Positions 48,069-56,796 of a stretch of DNA of 59,645 bases are shown here, piece after piece. A model generated the notes under the pieces. It was not told where the DNA came from, did not search any database, and worked only from the letters and a program-made list of their open reading frames with translations. A program made the translations under genes and the position numbers. How positions within the stretch are numbered: position 1 is the stretch's first letter; every line of letters begins with the position of its first letter. The stretch spans positions 1 through 59,645 of IMG/VR virus record IMGVR_UViG_3300032073_003021; one strand, 5' to 3'. The stretch is from a virus (taxonomy: Duplodnaviria; Caudoviricetes).

Positions 48069-49428
48069 AAAACTAATATTAGAAAACCTATTAAAGAATG
48101 ATGATTACATTCGTAAGGTTGTTCCTTTCTTAAAAGAGGAATACTTTTTAGACTATCCAGATAAAAAAGTATTTGGAGCTATACAAAAGTTCGTTGAAAA
48201 ATACAACAACACTCCTACAAAACAGGCTCTAAAAATTGCATTGGATGATGACAAGACTTTAAATGAGGATGGTCACAAACAATGTATAGAAATTATTGAT
48301 ACGCTAAATGGTAATGAAGTAGACTATCAATGGTTATTAGATGAAACAGAAAAGTTCTGTAAAGACAAGGCAATTTATTTGGGTATTATGGAAAGTATCC
48401 AGATTATTGATGGAAAGGATAAAGAAAAAGGTCCTGATGCCTTACCTGATATTTTATCTGAGGCATTACAAGTAGGTTTTGATACTAATGTAGGACACGA
48501 CTTTATAGAAGATGCCGATAAACGATATGAATATTATCATAGACTAGAAGAAAAAGTTGAGTTTGATTTAGAAATGTTCAACAAAATTACAGAAGGTGGA
48601 CTTTCTAATAAGACATTAAACATTGCACTAGCAGGCACAGGTGTAGGTAAATCGTTATTCATGTGTCATATGGCGAGTGCATGTATATCTAGAGCTAGAA
48701 ATGTATTGTATATTACATTAGAAATGTCAGAAGAAAGAATAGCAGAACGTATTGATGCTAATCTAATGAACATTCCTATTATGGAATTAAAAGATTTATC
48801 TAAGGCAATGTATGTTGAACGTATAGAAAAACTTAGAAACAAAATGGAGGGTAGGTTAATAGTTAAAGAATATCCTACAGCTTCAGCACACGCAGGACAT
48901 TTTAAGGCTCTTATTAATGAACTTAAATTAAAAAGAAACTTTAGTCCTGATATTATTTTTATAGATTACTTGAACATTTGTACAAGTTCAAGATTTAGGC
49001 CCGGTAGTAGCGCTAACTCCTATACAATTATTAAAAGTATTGCAGAGGAACTTAGGGGCTTAGCAGTGGAACAAGATGTTCCTATTGTAAGTGCTACACA
49101 AACAACTAGGGGAGGTTATAATTCTAGTGATGTTGATTTAACGGATACATCAGAAAGTTTTGGACTTCCTGCTACAGCAGACTTGATGTTTGCTTTAATT
49201 AGTACAGAAGAGTTAGAACAGATGGGACAGTTTATGGTTAAACAGTTGAAAAACAGATATGCTGATCCTACAAGAAACAAAAGATTTATGATAGGTGTTG
49301 ATAGAGCTAAAATGAAATTGTATGATTTAGAAGACTCTGCACAACAAAATATCACAGATTCAAACATTGACATTCCAGTATTTGACAGAGGAAAAGAAGA
49401 TGACAAGTTCTCAGACTTTAAGTTTTAA
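48052..49428 (+). CDS. gp41: Replicative helicase gp41
   Basis: AGTGVGKS, LEMSEE, IDYLNI, SESFGLPATAD and KQLKNRY motifs. Confidence 0.97.
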   Translation: MTQRVEKLILENLLKNDDYIRKVVPFLKEEYFLDYPDKKVFGAIQKFVEKYNNTPTKQALKIALDDDKTLNEDGHKQCIEIIDTLNGNEVDYQWLLDETEKFCKDKAIYLGIMESIQIIDGKDKEKGPDALPDILSEALQVGFDTNVGHDFIEDADKRYEYYHRLEEKVEFDLEMFNKITEGGLSNKTLNIALAGTGVGKSLFMCHMASACISRARNVLYITLEMSEERIAERIDANLMNIPIMELKDLSKAMYVERIEKLRNKMEGRLIVKEYPTASAHAGHFKALINELKLKRNFSPDIIFIDYLNICTSSRFRPGSSANSYTIIKSIAEELRGLAVEQDVPIVSATQTTRGGYNSSDVDLTDTSESFGLPATADLMFALISTEELEQMGQFMVKQLKNRYADPTRNKRFMIGVDRAKMKLYDLEDSAQQNITDSNIDIPVFDRGKEDDKFSDFKF

Positions 49429-50176
49429 TGGAGTAAAGTGGGACATTTTAAATAATCCCACAGCTATAAAGTTTGGCAAGTTTTTATGTGAACACGTGGA
49501 TACTTGCAGGGAGTTTTATTTTATAGGCGATAAAGCTGAAGAAATAAAAGACGAAATAGATAAGATTGTTTATATGTTAGGTAAAGCCCCAACTAACAAT
49601 ATGAATAAACTGCATGAACATTTTGCAGATCATGAAGATGACGATGAAATGGAAAGGTTGAACAATCTTATTCATTACTATGAATTAAGTAAAAGTAATT
49701 TTCCAGGTAGATGGGGATATTTTCCTGGTAAAAATGTGGGAGCAGAATTAGTATTAGATGATGAAGACGCTAAGCAGTTTACATTACAACGTAAACCTGG
49801 CTATTTGTATATTAATTATGCTCACGTAGGAAAACATTATGCTGAGATTGTTTTTAGTAACGATTATAAGATTAAGAAGTCTCAGTATGTGCCTCAACAT
49901 TTGGCACGTCCAAGTTTTTTCTGTTGGTTAGGCAAAGAATTTACCAAGAAACAACTTGATATGTTTGAAATGAGAGGAAAGGAGCTACACGAAAAATTGA
50001 AAACCAGATTGGAATTGCCGGAATACACAGATCCTGAGATGAGAATAGGATATATTCCATTTGCCAAACTGCAACGACATATAAATACAAATGAACTATC
50101 CAACATGCTATTAAAGCATAAGGGTAAGAATAAAAATTATATGGAGTTATTCAATGCCGGACAGAGAAGAGTTTAG
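49400..50176 (+). CDS. Hypothetical protein
   Basis: Long ORF overlapping the gp41 stop; LN.LIH.YE and LYINY.HVGK patterns. Confidence 0.65.
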   Translation: MTSSQTLSFNGVKWDILNNPTAIKFGKFLCEHVDTCREFYFIGDKAEEIKDEIDKIVYMLGKAPTNNMNKLHEHFADHEDDDEMERLNNLIHYYELSKSNFPGRWGYFPGKNVGAELVLDDEDAKQFTLQRKPGYLYINYAHVGKHYAEIVFSNDYKIKKSQYVPQHLARPSFFCWLGKEFTKKQLDMFEMRGKELHEKLKTRLELPEYTDPEMRIGYIPFAKLQRHINTNELSNMLLKHKGKNKNYMELFNAGQRRV

Positions 50177-50534
50177 AGGTGACATGAGTCGTAATGAAGT
50201 CGAAATGGACCTTAACAAGTTCATGGACTTGATTCAAGAAAACGCAGATCTCAAAACAAAGTTAGCAGAAGCAATGGCTGATTCAACTGTCAACCCCTGG
50301 CAAAAATGGGTTCATCTAGCTAGAACAGTAGACAGCTGGAGAATTTGGCCAAGGGCTTTTTTGAGTGTTTATATATTTTTAGTGTATTATGCAGCAATAT
50401 GGTTTATGGATTTACCAGAACCTAGTATGGAACAAAGTGGATTGATATCAATCCTAGTTGGTGCCGGAGCTGCATGGTTCGGATTGTATGTTAATAGCGC
50501 TGCTAAGGAGCATAGCGATAACGTTAAAAAATAA
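50154..50534 (+). CDS. Two-TM membrane protein (holin candidate)
   Basis: DSWRIWPR followed by two hydrophobic helices; TATAAATA at 50080. Confidence 0.5.
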   Translation: MPDREEFRGDMSRNEVEMDLNKFMDLIQENADLKTKLAEAMADSTVNPWQKWVHLARTVDSWRIWPRAFLSVYIFLVYYAAIWFMDLPEPSMEQSGLISILVGAGAAWFGLYVNSAAKEHSDNVKK

Positions 50535-50555
50535 TTAATTGAAAGGAGATATATT

Positions 50556-50786
50556 ATGCCACCAAAGTTTAAACCAAGTCACAAAGAAAACGTCCGAGGT
50601 AGGGACGGGAAACCAACAGGTAGGACTTTTATAAAACACTACTATTTGAGAAACACTCCTACCCAAGAGATTATAGACGCAATTAACAAAGGCAAACGAA
50701 AGCACAGAATGAAATTTATTAATGAATTAACAAGACGTGGAGTGAAGTTAGTATGGAAGACAGAAGAAGAGATAGCGAAGCAGTAG
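50556..50786 (+). CDS. Basic hypothetical protein
   Basis: AAGGAG SD; Lys/Arg-rich. Confidence 0.65.
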   Translation: MPPKFKPSHKENVRGRDGKPTGRTFIKHYYLRNTPTQEIIDAINKGKRKHRMKFINELTRRGVKLVWKTEEEIAKQ

Positions 50787-51382
50787 CTGACGAAGAACAA
50801 TTTGCAATTCAGGGATCTTTAAGGATCTTTGATCAGGCGCTTACACCTGAAATTTGTTCACTGCTGATTGATACGTTCAAATTGAATTTAGACAAACAAC
50901 AGACAAAAGAAACATTTATAGAAATAAATTACTCTGATGATGTTGAAGACCAGGATGAGGTAAAAGAACAATTAGTCAATTTTTGCTCCACACTTCACGA
51001 ACATTACATGGAACACCTGAACTTACCAAGTGGTATCTTCCACAGAGCGGGTGTTGAAAAACTAAGAATAAGAAAAATTACAAATCCCAAGGACGTGGTA
51101 GTTACAGTAGATACTAGAGACCGAACTAGTTCTATTCGTGCTATTGGGTTCATATTTTTCTTAAATACTGCTGATTCTAAAGTACAATTCTTTAGACAGA
51201 ATGTAGGAGTACAGGCAGAAGAAGGTAGGGTAGTAGTTTATCCACCAAATTGGGAATATCCTTACAGATACGACTTATCTGATGAAGATAATGACGTATT
51301 TGCACTACAAACTTACATACATTATGGTGATGCGGCACAAGTTACTGAAAAACAAGAGAAAATACCTGGAAAAAATGCTTGA
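50753..51382 (+). CDS. 2OG-Fe(II) oxygenase-like protein, apparently degenerate
   Basis: R.IGFIFFLN, EGRVVVYPPNW.YP and TYIHY fold motifs; the expected His ligands are replaced. Confidence 0.6.
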   Translation: MEDRRRDSEAVADEEQFAIQGSLRIFDQALTPEICSLLIDTFKLNLDKQQTKETFIEINYSDDVEDQDEVKEQLVNFCSTLHEHYMEHLNLPSGIFHRAGVEKLRIRKITNPKDVVVTVDTRDRTSSIRAIGFIFFLNTADSKVQFFRQNVGVQAEEGRVVVYPPNWEYPYRYDLSDEDNDVFALQTYIHYGDAAQVTEKQEKIPGKNA

Positions 51383-51426
51383 CTTTTGGTTCCGTAGATG
51401 CTATCATATACACATAAACTAAAAAA
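51379..51426 (+). promoter_or_regulatory. Early promoter class A
   Basis: TTGACT-N17-TATCAT followed by ATACACATAAACTAAAAAA. Confidence 0.85.
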
Positions 51427-51439
51427 GTAAGGTAAATTA

Positions 51440-51961
51440 ATGTCAAACTATACACAAGAACAACTAGAGCTTAAGGCACATATTGAGGCAGAGAACGAGA
51501 AGTTCGTTGCTAGATGTAAGGCCGAGGGTGCTACTGCTTGGTGTACGACAGTATCTGACCTGCAACATTGGGCGGATTACGGTATCTACAACATTAAGCA
51601 GTATGAACGTTATAGTTTAACATCTTATATTTACGATGCTTATAAGGACGCACACGGTTTCCGTCCTAGACACTTTGACTTTGACTCTATGTCAATGGTA
51701 GAGCTAGAAAAACTAGCTGACAGAGTATCTCAGGAAGTTACCGAAGCTATTGAACAGGATAGAATTAGAGAAAAAGAAGCCACAACTAAGTGGAAAGAAC
51801 ATCTCGGTTCTTTACTTTCAATGGGTGCTAAGAGCTTAAAGCAAGCGCTTATTTGGGATATGGATGCTGAGGAAATCAACGGTGATAATAGTTATTACTG
51901 TTACCTCAAAGGTATTTCTTATACAAAAGAAAGACTTATCCAAAGGATTGTGGGAGTTTAG
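51440..51961 (+). CDS. Early hypothetical protein
   Basis: Behind a class A promoter; IYDAYKDAHGFRPR pattern. Confidence 0.75.
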   Translation: MSNYTQEQLELKAHIEAENEKFVARCKAEGATAWCTTVSDLQHWADYGIYNIKQYERYSLTSYIYDAYKDAHGFRPRHFDFDSMSMVELEKLADRVSQEVTEAIEQDRIREKEATTKWKEHLGSLLSMGAKSLKQALIWDMDAEEINGDNSYYCYLKGISYTKERLIQRIVGV

Positions 51962-51982
51962 GCCTTTTGGTCACCTTTATGG

Positions 51983-52011
51983 TTGACTTTAGGTTTAAAA
52001 GATCCTATAAT
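51983..52011 (+). promoter_or_regulatory. Sigma70-like promoter (class B)
   Basis: TTGACT-N17-TATAAT with GATCC before the -10. Confidence 0.8.
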
Positions 52012-52042
52012 GTGTATTGTAATTAGAAATTAAGGAGACGTA

Positions 52043-52351
52043 ATGACTGATCAATTATTTACTTATGCAGGGTACTCTGTTACTGCTAACGGACAAACAA
52101 AAGCTCGTTTTGGCAATGACATGGTTTCCCGTGTTAAAAAACTTTCTGGTACGAACTCAGACGTTTGGTTTGAGGAACTACCAAAAGCAATGACTAAGAA
52201 AGAAGCATCGGAATTCTTACTTGAGAACGAAAAGTTCAATAGTGATTTCGACATTAAAAATGCTTTGCTCAAGGTCGTATTTCGTAATACACCCAAGGGA
52301 TCAACTAAGGTTGTGAACAAAGGTGTTTCTTTAAATGATGGAGGAGAATAG
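52043..52351 (+). CDS. Hypothetical protein
   Basis: AAGGAG SD; F..AG.S..NG..KARF.ND and ELP.AMTK patterns. Confidence 0.7.
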   Translation: MTDQLFTYAGYSVTANGQTKARFGNDMVSRVKKLSGTNSDVWFEELPKAMTKKEASEFLLENEKFNSDFDIKNALLKVVFRNTPKGSTKVVNKGVSLNDGGE

Positions 52352-52353
52352 TT

Positions 52354-52611
52354 ATGGCAAAAGCTAAAACTAACCAACATGCTAAAATCGTGAATTTCCT
52401 AAACACAGGACAATCACTTAGCATCGCATACGCCAAGAATAAACTTGGTGTAACACAGTTACCTGCAAGGGTAACAGAACTTAGAGCGCAAGGTTTTGCA
52501 ATCTATACAAACGTGAACAAGGCCGGTAACACCGCTTACAGACTTGGCACACCTAGCAGAGCAATGGTTGCAGCAGCACACGCAGCAGCAGGCTCAACAG
52601 TCTTTAGCTAG
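52354..52611 (+). CDS. Winged-HTH DNA-binding protein
   Basis: L..G..LS..AK..LGV..L.ARV.ELR..GFAIY, YRLGTPSR pattern. Confidence 0.7.
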   Translation: MAKAKTNQHAKIVNFLNTGQSLSIAYAKNKLGVTQLPARVTELRAQGFAIYTNVNKAGNTAYRLGTPSRAMVAAAHAAAGSTVFS

Positions 52612-52620
52612 AAATTAATT

Positions 52621-52675
52621 AATTAGGGTACGATTGTAGACATCGATGACTGTAGATTACTTTCGTACCCTAATT
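52621..52675 (+). other. Intergenic inverted repeat (13-bp stem)
   Basis: AATTAGGGTACGA...TCGTACCCTAATT. Confidence 0.75.
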
Positions 52676-52705
52676 TACCCGATTTTGTCCACTTTGAAAT
52701 ATGTC

Positions 52706-52743
52706 GACAAAATTTTTTACGATATTTTGGAGCAAAAAAAGTT
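52706..52743 (+). repeat. 38-bp exact repeat, copy 2
   Basis: Identical to 36394-36431. Confidence 0.9.
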
Positions 52744-52769
52744 AGCGCATATAACTCTAAAAACAGCGC

Positions 52770-52777
52770 TATAAATA
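52770..52777 (+). promoter_or_regulatory. Late promoter
   Basis: Intergenic TATAAATA. Confidence 0.6.
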
Positions 52778-52844
52778 TTGAGGTAACATACACCAAAGTC
52801 GTCCGAGACTAAAGTATGCCATTATACATATAGAGAGATACACA

Positions 52845-53075
52845 ATGACAAACAACAAACAATTAACAGCAGATATCGTAGATGCTTTAGTAGCAAAATA
52901 TAGAGGCGAAATGGCCGAAGCAAAGGCCAACATAAAAATTTATTTAGAAAATCCTGTAGGCATAGGGGAACATCCTGATGTGCTTGCAGCTATAGATACA
53001 CAAATTCAAGCAATGGCAAATGCACAAGAAAAATTAGATGCATTAGCGACATTTAGCAAGGTACCACAAGAGTGA
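52845..53075 (+). CDS. Conserved hypothetical protein
   Basis: ANI.IYLENPVGIGEHPD pattern. Confidence 0.75.
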   Translation: MTNNKQLTADIVDALVAKYRGEMAEAKANIKIYLENPVGIGEHPDVLAAIDTQIQAMANAQEKLDALATFSKVPQE

Positions 53076-53275
53076 TTAAAACCTTTGGTAAACGAACAGA
53101 CTTTCATGCAACAGTAGAAGACGATCCGAAGATGACGATTGTAAAATATTGGCAAGGTAATGAGGAATTATTTACAAATTATGTTTTCAATGATGAGAAC
53201 AGAAATATTAGGAATAAGGAAGCCATAGAGATGGCAGAGAAGTTCGTTTTATCAAAGGAGAGTACCATTGGCTAA
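53072..53275 (+). CDS. Hypothetical protein
   Basis: GTGA overlap; tightly packed ORF. Confidence 0.55.
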   Translation: MIKTFGKRTDFHATVEDDPKMTIVKYWQGNEELFTNYVFNDENRNIRNKEAIEMAEKFVLSKESTIG

Positions 53276-53813
53276 TAATGTATATTGCACACTGCAACTA
53301 AACTACGGAAGTCCTCAAGCAGAGGAAGAATGGAAGAGGGTTTTTAGATTACTGACAAAACTTGATCCTTATTCTAATGACTACGGATTACAATATCTGG
53401 ATATCTACAAAACAAATGCTGAGATAGCAGATAATGAATTTATGATGGAACACATAGGGTCCACATCAGCATTATTAGAAGGTCCTGTAACGTTCATAGC
53501 ATGTAGCGAATATAACTACATATATGAACATATCATTAAGGCAAAGTGGACTCCGCCTATTAAGTTTTTTGAGGAACTAGCAGACCACTTATACGACTTT
53601 GATGAAGATGTAAAATTATCCTTAGTATATGAGGACGAATATTATAATTTTGCAGGTGCTATAACATTTGCAGAAGGACAATTTGACCAACAACAAGAAT
53701 CAGGTGGTTGGTTTACACAAGAACAACATGACCAAGGGAGAGACCCAAGGGACTTTCAGGACTTTGTAACTGAACAAATTGAAGAATTTAGGAGAGAACA
53801 ACTTGAAACTTGA
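53268..53813 (+). CDS. Hypothetical protein
   Basis: AAGGAG SD; MANNVY and KWTPP..FFE.L patterns. Confidence 0.65.
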   Translation: MANNVYCTLQLNYGSPQAEEEWKRVFRLLTKLDPYSNDYGLQYLDIYKTNAEIADNEFMMEHIGSTSALLEGPVTFIACSEYNYIYEHIIKAKWTPPIKFFEELADHLYDFDEDVKLSLVYEDEYYNFAGAITFAEGQFDQQQESGGWFTQEQHDQGRDPRDFQDFVTEQIEEFRREQLET

Positions 53814-54282
53814 TTATAATAATGTAGGTAAAATAGGATTTACCTGTAGTACATTTGACTTCCTACACGCAGGACATATTGTAATGTTGGAAGAGGCAAA
53901 AAGGCATTGTGATTATTTAATATGCGGGTTACAAAGTGACCCAACATTGGATAGGAAAAATAAAAACGCCCCTGTACAGAGTATTGTTGAAAGACAGATA
54001 CAATTATGCGCCGTAAAATTTGTAGATGAAGTCGTAATATATAATACGGAAAAAGATTTAGAAGATTTATTACTTACATTACCAATTGATGTAAGGGTAC
54101 TTGGTGATGAATATAAAAATAAAGAGTTCACTGGTAAACGAATTTGTTATAAGAGAAAGATTGAAATTGTATACAACAAAAGAGACCATTCTTTTAGTAC
54201 AACTGATTTGAGGAAAAGAACCGAGAATCAACCTATTGAATTGAAACCTATAAAAACGGAGAGTGAAAATGGCAAAAACTAA
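53779..54282 (+). CDS. Glycerol-3-phosphate cytidylyltransferase-like protein (TagD family)
   Basis: STFDFLHAGH, GLQSDP and RDHSFSTT motifs. Confidence 0.88.
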   Translation: MKNLGENNLKLDYNNVGKIGFTCSTFDFLHAGHIVMLEEAKRHCDYLICGLQSDPTLDRKNKNAPVQSIVERQIQLCAVKFVDEVVIYNTEKDLEDLLLTLPIDVRVLGDEYKNKEFTGKRICYKRKIEIVYNKRDHSFSTTDLRKRTENQPIELKPIKTESENGKN

Positions 54283-54469
54283 TCCTGTCAAGAGAATAGT
54301 AAATTGTATGGTTGCTGAGAAAAGAGCTTTACACGGCGAATTCAAAGCATATTGGAAAGACACTGCTAATAAAATAGCACAAGAACATAATATTGATATT
54401 TCTACTATTAGAGATAGATTTGAATTAGGACTATATCAAAATGAAACTAAAAGTCGTAGCTATCACTAA
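54269..54469 (+). CDS. Hypothetical protein
   Basis: GGAG SD; tightly packed ORF. Confidence 0.55.
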   Translation: MAKTNPVKRIVNCMVAEKRALHGEFKAYWKDTANKIAQEHNIDISTIRDRFELGLYQNETKSRSYH

Positions 54470-54776
54470 TATTTGGGAGGCAAAAGGCCCAAGTAAAGAG
54501 TTTCCTATGTGGACACCTGTTGGAAGTAGGGAATATATCATCGACAAAATGGAAAAAGAGCCTACTCTAAAAGATATTAGTCAATCAGTAATGAGATTAA
54601 TGCACTTATTAGAAGGTAGAATAGAAGATACAGTAGTTGAAGTATTCTCAGGTTATGAGGTATACGACGCTAATGCTTTAACACATAATGAAGCATTTCA
54701 ATTACAATTAGGCGACGCCATTGATTATCCAGCAGAAGATATTAGGGATAAACTAGATGTCGAAGAAACTTCCTAG
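54441..54776 (+). CDS. Hypothetical protein
   Basis: AGGA SD; tightly packed ORF. Confidence 0.6.
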   Translation: MKLKVVAITNIWEAKGPSKEFPMWTPVGSREYIIDKMEKEPTLKDISQSVMRLMHLLEGRIEDTVVEVFSGYEVYDANALTHNEAFQLQLGDAIDYPAEDIRDKLDVEETS

Positions 54777-55491
54777 ACTTACATTAGGATTAACCTATTT
54801 CAACGACGAAAAATGGATACATGAATGGTATCATCAATTTAAGTTCTATCCTTCAGATATAGAAGTTATTATATTTGACGATGCCTCTGATGCAACACCA
54901 CTTGAGGATTTATTATACCCTATTGAGATAATGCCGGCACATAGTCCAGAAATATCCATATATAAAGTAACAGAAAATTTAGGATTTAATAGTCACGGTT
55001 GTAGAAATGCTATAGCTAAATTGGCAAAATCTGAATTTGTATGTTTCTTTGATATTGATATGTTATGTATGGGCGACACCATGGGAAGAATGAGACAGAG
55101 AAACTGGCAACACCAATCGTTATATCATCATCAATTTTATATTTTTCCAGAACAAAAAATGTTGCCATACCCTGGCCATCTAAATTCCTTTTTATGTTCA
55201 AAACAACTCTTCTGGGAAGCTGGAGGATATGATGAATCCTACACAGGATATCATTATGGAGACAGAGAGTTCATAGCAAGATTAAAGAGAAAAGCACAAT
55301 TTGAAAGGGACTCTGGTGAAGTTATGATGTTACGAAGAATGGGTAAACATGGTAGCGTCCGTAAACAATACAAGAAAACAGAATATTTTGATGACCATTT
55401 CTTCATACAACCTGATACAGAAGAAAATATTAAAAAATTAACAGGAACAGTCGAAACAAAAATCAATTTCTCCTACGAAAGAATCTTATAA
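54757..55491 (+). CDS. GT-A (GT2/GT7-like) glycosyltransferase
   Basis: IFDDAS, RNAIA, FDID (DxD) and GGYDESY.GY..GDREF motifs. Confidence 0.85.
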   Translation: MSKKLPRLTLGLTYFNDEKWIHEWYHQFKFYPSDIEVIIFDDASDATPLEDLLYPIEIMPAHSPEISIYKVTENLGFNSHGCRNAIAKLAKSEFVCFFDIDMLCMGDTMGRMRQRNWQHQSLYHHQFYIFPEQKMLPYPGHLNSFLCSKQLFWEAGGYDESYTGYHYGDREFIARLKRKAQFERDSGEVMMLRRMGKHGSVRKQYKKTEYFDDHFFIQPDTEENIKKLTGTVETKINFSYERIL

Positions 55492-55536
55492 ATACTGTAA
55501 ATAATGCTTGACTTTTGGTCCATATGGTGTTATCAT
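55487..55536 (+). promoter_or_regulatory. Dual late (TATAAATA) and early (TTGACT-N17-TATCAT) promoter
   Basis: TATAAATA at 55487-55494; TTGACT at 55508 and TATCAT at 55531. Confidence 0.7.
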
Positions 55537-55568
55537 ATAGAATATAAGGTTAGTAAAGTAGGTAAAAA

Positions 55569-56726
55569 ATGCGATTTAAAGACTTTTTAACAGAAGCCAC
55601 AGAAGAAGATAAACTAAAACACTTAGAACACGTGGAAGACCATGTCTTGCATGCTGGTAAAGAAGGTTTTGGTCATGCGTTTCACACAGTCAGAGACGTT
55701 CATCACAAGATGCAAGGCATTAAAACAGATACACAGACTACAATTAAATATGATGGCAGTCCCGCTGTTGTATTTGGGGAACACCCTGAGAATAAAAAAT
55801 TTTTTGTAGCATCTAAATCAGCATTTAACAAAGATCCTAAAATTAACCATACGCATGAGGATATAGAAAAGAATCATGGTCACGCACCAGGACTTGTAAC
55901 AAAGTTAAAAGCGGCATTAGACCATGCACACAAAATAAAACCACAAGGTGTTTACCAAGCAGATATTATGCACACACCAGATGATGTTAAAAAGAATGGT
56001 AATAGAGTGGAGTTTACACCTAACACAATAACTTATCATGTACCACACGATTCAGAACATGGTAAAGCAGCCCAGAAGGCAAAATTAGGACTTGCAGTTC
56101 ATACACAATATGAAGGTAAATCAATTAAAGATATGAAAGCAGTACATGGTGCTGATATGTCTCATTTTGATAGTCACCCAGATGTTCATATGATGAGCAC
56201 AAATCACGACACAAGTCAACACCATTATACACAAGAAGATAGAAAACAAGTTGAACATCATTTAGAACAGGCAGTATCACATTTTAAAAATACACCTGAT
56301 GAACATCACGATACAGTTTTAAAACATCATGCGGCGCTAAAGACTTATATTAATCACACAGTAAGAACAGGCGAACAACATTCGCACGAAGGATTTGTAG
56401 CACATCATAGTGCAAACATGATGAAGAAAGTAGATAAAGTTAAAACAGATGTAGCAAAAGCGAGACATCAAACTACACACGATAACACAATAGGTCATAT
56501 AAATAAGAATAAGGACCACTTCGAAGGACCAATGAATATGCACAAACATATTCAAGCAGCAAAGGACATACTAACAAAGACGATGTCACAACGCTCAGAA
56601 TTCGGTCATGAGGTAGATGGTCAAGAAGTTAAACCCGAAGGATTTGTTGCCATTAGGGGTGGCAGGCCTTCAAAATTTGTAGATAGGAAAGAGTTTAGTG
56701 CTCTTAACTTTAATAAGAATAACTAA
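55569..56726 (+). CDS. His-rich protein with ligase-like nucleotidyltransferase motifs (DUF6267-like)
   Basis: HLEHVED, KYDGSP (KxDG), PEGFV and KFVDR motifs; about 46 His in 385 aa; N-terminal MRFKDFLTE. Confidence 0.7.
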   Translation: MRFKDFLTEATEEDKLKHLEHVEDHVLHAGKEGFGHAFHTVRDVHHKMQGIKTDTQTTIKYDGSPAVVFGEHPENKKFFVASKSAFNKDPKINHTHEDIEKNHGHAPGLVTKLKAALDHAHKIKPQGVYQADIMHTPDDVKKNGNRVEFTPNTITYHVPHDSEHGKAAQKAKLGLAVHTQYEGKSIKDMKAVHGADMSHFDSHPDVHMMSTNHDTSQHHYTQEDRKQVEHHLEQAVSHFKNTPDEHHDTVLKHHAALKTYINHTVRTGEQHSHEGFVAHHSANMMKKVDKVKTDVAKARHQTTHDNTIGHINKNKDHFEGPMNMHKHIQAAKDILTKTMSQRSEFGHEVDGQEVKPEGFVAIRGGRPSKFVDRKEFSALNFNKNN

Positions 56727-56736
56727 GGAGACGAAC

Positions 56737-56790
56737 ATGAATAGTAAATGTAAATGTTGTGAATGTTGTTCTTGCACTTGTTGCGGATAA
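56737..56790 (+). CDS. Cys-rich micro-peptide (metallothionein-like, 17 aa)
   Basis: AAGGAG SD 6 nt upstream; MNSKCKCCECCSCTCCG*; fills the intergenic gap. Confidence 0.6.
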   Translation: MNSKCKCCECCSCTCCG

Positions 56791-56796
56791 TTAATT

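Noticed and set aside
41628-49428. Introns, inteins or homing endonucleases in gp43, uvsX and gp41 (also gp17)
   Set aside because: The ORFs are continuous and of normal length; no HNH, GIY-YIG or LAGLIDADG ORFs were recognised.
30420-51426. Repeated 28-nt block as a CRISPR repeat or mobile-element end
   Set aside because: The copies are kilobases apart and coincide with -10 boxes and leaders, so they are promoters.
52612-52844. tRNA gene in the largest intergenic gap
   Set aside because: No cloverleaf or T-loop GTTC consensus was seen.
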